NCBI RefSeq assembly: GCF_006345805.1
Contig: NC_043003.1
Span: forward strand, 29,636,001 to 29,700,000
Source of the DNA: Octopus sinensis
Taxonomy: Eukaryota
Length of the DNA stretch: 64,000 nt
Reading direction: 5' to 3'
Part shown: one piece after another, positions 63,001 through 64,000 of the stretch
Numbering within the stretch: position 1 is the stretch's first letter
Layout of the letters: each line of letters starts with the position of its first letter
The notes under the pieces: model-generated
The model's database searches: none
Told to the model about the DNA's origin: nothing
The model's input: the letters and a program-made list of their open reading frames with translations, nothing else
Position numbers and translations under genes: made by a program

Positions 63001-63673
63001 AATCATAAGATTGTTGTTTCAATTCCCAGACTAGACAGTGCATTGTGTTCTATTTAGGGTCTAGGCAACTCTGGCTGTTTACTTTTTGAATTGCTAGATG
63101 TCAGCTCTTAAAGAAATTTTAACAATTTCTTTAACCATTTATTATATTTCTTTAGAAATATAATGCTTTCTTTTCAATTTACTTCGAAAATAATAAAGAA
63201 TGTAGTAAAGCAACTTCATTATTTAGTTGGTGTTTGGAATATAAATTGATATGAAATTTTGATGGAAGAATTTTAGATCAATTTAAAATGGGAAATTTTT
63301 ATCATAAAACCAAGGGCAGCCTCAAGTGGGTTGGTTTCAGAAAAGTTAATCCCTTCTAATAGTGATTTCAATTATAAAGAGAAAAAACGCTTTTAGTTAT
63401 ATAGATTTAAGGCTTGTAAGAAGGTTGAACATTTGTTGTTTCTTGTACAGGTGTCAAAATGGTTAACTTTGTACTACTGTAAAGTGTAGTGGCCACCAAA
63501 CTAGATCCTACTCCATTGTATTGCTGTATATTTTTGCAGTAATTGTAATAGTAGTGATATAAAGCATTTTGTTTTGTTGCAGTTATGAAGACCACAGTGA
63601 CAAACCAGCAGTGGACAGCACAACAGCCAGTGGAAGTGGTGGAACTTCAACAGGAGACAAGAAGGCTCAGTAA
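45029..63673 (+). CDS. HM13: Signal peptide peptidase (minor histocompatibility antigen H13, presenilin-type A22B aspartyl protease), 11 exons, 382 aa
   Basis: Exons 45029-45235, 48844-48942, 54113-54195, 54787-54875, 55514-55599, 56533-56658, 56771-56828, 59663-59783, 62151-62253, 62835-62920, 63583-63673. All GT-AG with consistent phases, total 1149 nt. Motifs LYDIFW, GLGD, QPALLY; C-terminal KKAQ. Confidence 0.97.
48844..48942 (+). CDS. HM13: HM13 exon 2
   Basis: KSGEKPETMSSKDAAMFPIIASCALFGIYMIFK. Confidence 0.95.
49778..50330 (-). mobile_element. RTE 3' UTR fragments in HM13 intron 2
   Basis: catcatcgtttaatgtccgccttccatgctggcgtgggt and gatgcccttccaaatgcc. Confidence 0.7.
50846..51061. 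repeat. AT-rich imperfect hairpin (MITE-like) in HM13 intron 2
   Basis: aatagaagaaatgaagttgaaaat...aagaattcacttga pairs with tcaagtgtattcc...attttcaaccttcatttcttttatt. Confidence 0.7.
52440..52985 (-). mobile_element. CR1 LINE 3' fragment with intact C-terminal frame and (TTA)n tail
   Basis: ORF 52512-52958 VRPHLEFASSVWNPY...LESVQRRATK...TRGH...FFTLRVAEAWNKLP. Confidence 0.9.
54113..54195 (+). CDS. HM13: HM13 exon 3
   Basis: VFSKEYINLLLTVYFFALGVLSLAHIN. Confidence 0.95.
54787..54875 (+). CDS. HM13: HM13 exon 4
   Basis: SPWISKLIPDSFPNKEYHLLFTQGKGENKE. Confidence 0.95.
55514..55599 (+). CDS. HM13: HM13 exon 5
   Basis: EVINYEFDRKDLVCLFVSCLIGLWYGLKK. Confidence 0.95.
55734..55891 (+). repeat. 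Intronic ~160-bp duplicated segment, copy 1 (HM13 intron 5)
   Basis: About 95% identical to 56932-57092 (by eye, 5 substitutions and one 3-nt indel). Confidence 0.9.
56190..56420 (-). mobile_element. tRNA-derived SINE in HM13 intron 5
   Basis: aaaggatgaaaagcaaagtcaaccttggaattcgaactcagaac...ctgtcagctcactgcc. Confidence 0.8.
56533..56658 (+). CDS. HM13: HM13 exon 6 (catalytic YD)
   Basis: HWVANNLFGLAFAVNGVELLSLNRVSTGCILLCGLFLYDIFW. Confidence 0.97.
56771..56828 (+). CDS. HM13: HM13 exon 7
   Basis: VFGTNVMVTVAKSFEAPIK. Confidence 0.97.
56932..57092 (+). repeat. Intronic ~160-bp duplicated segment, copy 2 (HM13 intron 7)
   Basis: Both copies end in cctaatgaaatctttttaggtaact. Confidence 0.9.
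57790..59393 (+). mobile_element. Head-to-tail RTE dimer: 3' UTR copy (~57790-58083) fused to a 5'-truncated RT-to-tail copy (58084-59393)
   Basis: Junction taaatgatgatga|ccctgctctaatagc; RWPCSIYRRG...HKRCSNIKGRL...CGKC; tail gttaaacgatgatgat. Confidence 0.85.
59663..59783 (+). CDS. HM13: HM13 exon 8 (catalytic GxGD)
   Basis: LVFPQDFLEKGLAADNFAMLGLGDIVIPGIFIALLLRFDV. Confidence 0.97.
59867..60624 (+). mobile_element. Internally deleted mariner transposon in HM13 intron 8
   Basis: TIRs TA-cgaggggggtgccaaaaaaataaccggaa and ttccggtttcttttgggtaccccctcg. Transposase remnants MDEMKE...KYCF...AYNDVAMSKTQVY and CIASNGEYFEGD. Confidence 0.9.
61290..61515 (-). mobile_element. RTE 3' end fragment in HM13 intron 8
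   Basis: catcatcttttaacatc...ccatgctagcatgggttggacgg... Confidence 0.8.
62151..62253 (+). CDS. HM13: HM13 exon 9
   Basis: MKKGSRTYFYSSFLAYFLGLVATIFVMHVFKHAQ. Confidence 0.96.
62420..62620 (+). mobile_element. Degenerate tRNA-derived SINE in HM13 intron 9
   Basis: agcagagttttag...aagttcaaatcc...gtcaacttttccttttatcc...gataaagtacc. Confidence 0.6.
62835..62920 (+). CDS. HM13: HM13 exon 10 (PAL motif)
   Basis: PALLYLVPACIGVPISVALLRGEIKELF. Confidence 0.96.
63583..63673 (+). CDS. HM13: HM13 exon 11 (terminal, KKxx ER retrieval)
   Basis: YEDHSDKPAVDSTTASGSGGTSTGDKKAQ*; ttttgttgcag acceptor. Confidence 0.9.
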
Positions 63674-64000
63674 ACCGGACTACCATGACTTTTATCATTA
63701 TCATCATCATCATCACCACCACCAATGTCATTGTAATCACCCCCCTTATCTCCACCCTATTTTCCCTGAATACAGCGGTACTCAACTTCTGTTGCCCCTC
63801 ATTTACAGTTGACGAACTGGTTCAGATACTACTATTGCTGCAACTACTACTACAGCTGAATGGTTAACATAACTGTTTATACAACTCAGTACATACTCTC
63901 TATGTCTGTCTCTAGCTGTTGAACCAACCAGTATAGACATCTTCCATTCCACCAGTTCCTCACTTTTTGACTGTTTGGTCACTAAACTCATTTTCAAGTT

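Noticed and set aside
63685-63997. Additional ORFs after the HM13 stop
   Set aside because: 3' UTR with CAT/CAC/CTA simple repeats; no coding signature

Overview
AT-rich, repeat-dense, intron-containing animal genomic DNA. It is most likely an octopus or other coleoid cephalopod, inferred from recognisable SINE and RTE repeat families rather than a database search. Two complete spliced housekeeping genes are reconstructable on the + strand. MRPL55 has 3 coding exons at 24759-34344 (111 aa). HM13 (signal peptide peptidase) has 11 coding exons at 45029-63673 (382 aa, with YD, GLGD and PAL motifs and a C-terminal KKxx). The last exon of a third, unidentified gene (about 6477-6946) encodes an Arg/Asp/His-rich polyampholyte with two RGD motifs and a GPI-signal-like tail. 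The remainder is decayed mobile DNA: RTE LINEs with a PHD-like finger inside the RT, an RTE-BovB fragment, CR1/L2-like LINEs, HERO-like and CRE-like fragments, a probable AT-eroded Penelope-like element, an intron-containing Helitron, a mariner, several hairpin MITEs, a 1.9-kb foldback element with an 8-bp TSD, and many tRNA-derived SINEs. One SINE nest shows three insertions at the same nucleotide of the SINE's own head. No CRISPR, rRNA or true tRNA gene was found. Repeat boundaries were read by eye and are approximate; exon boundaries were checked base by base.
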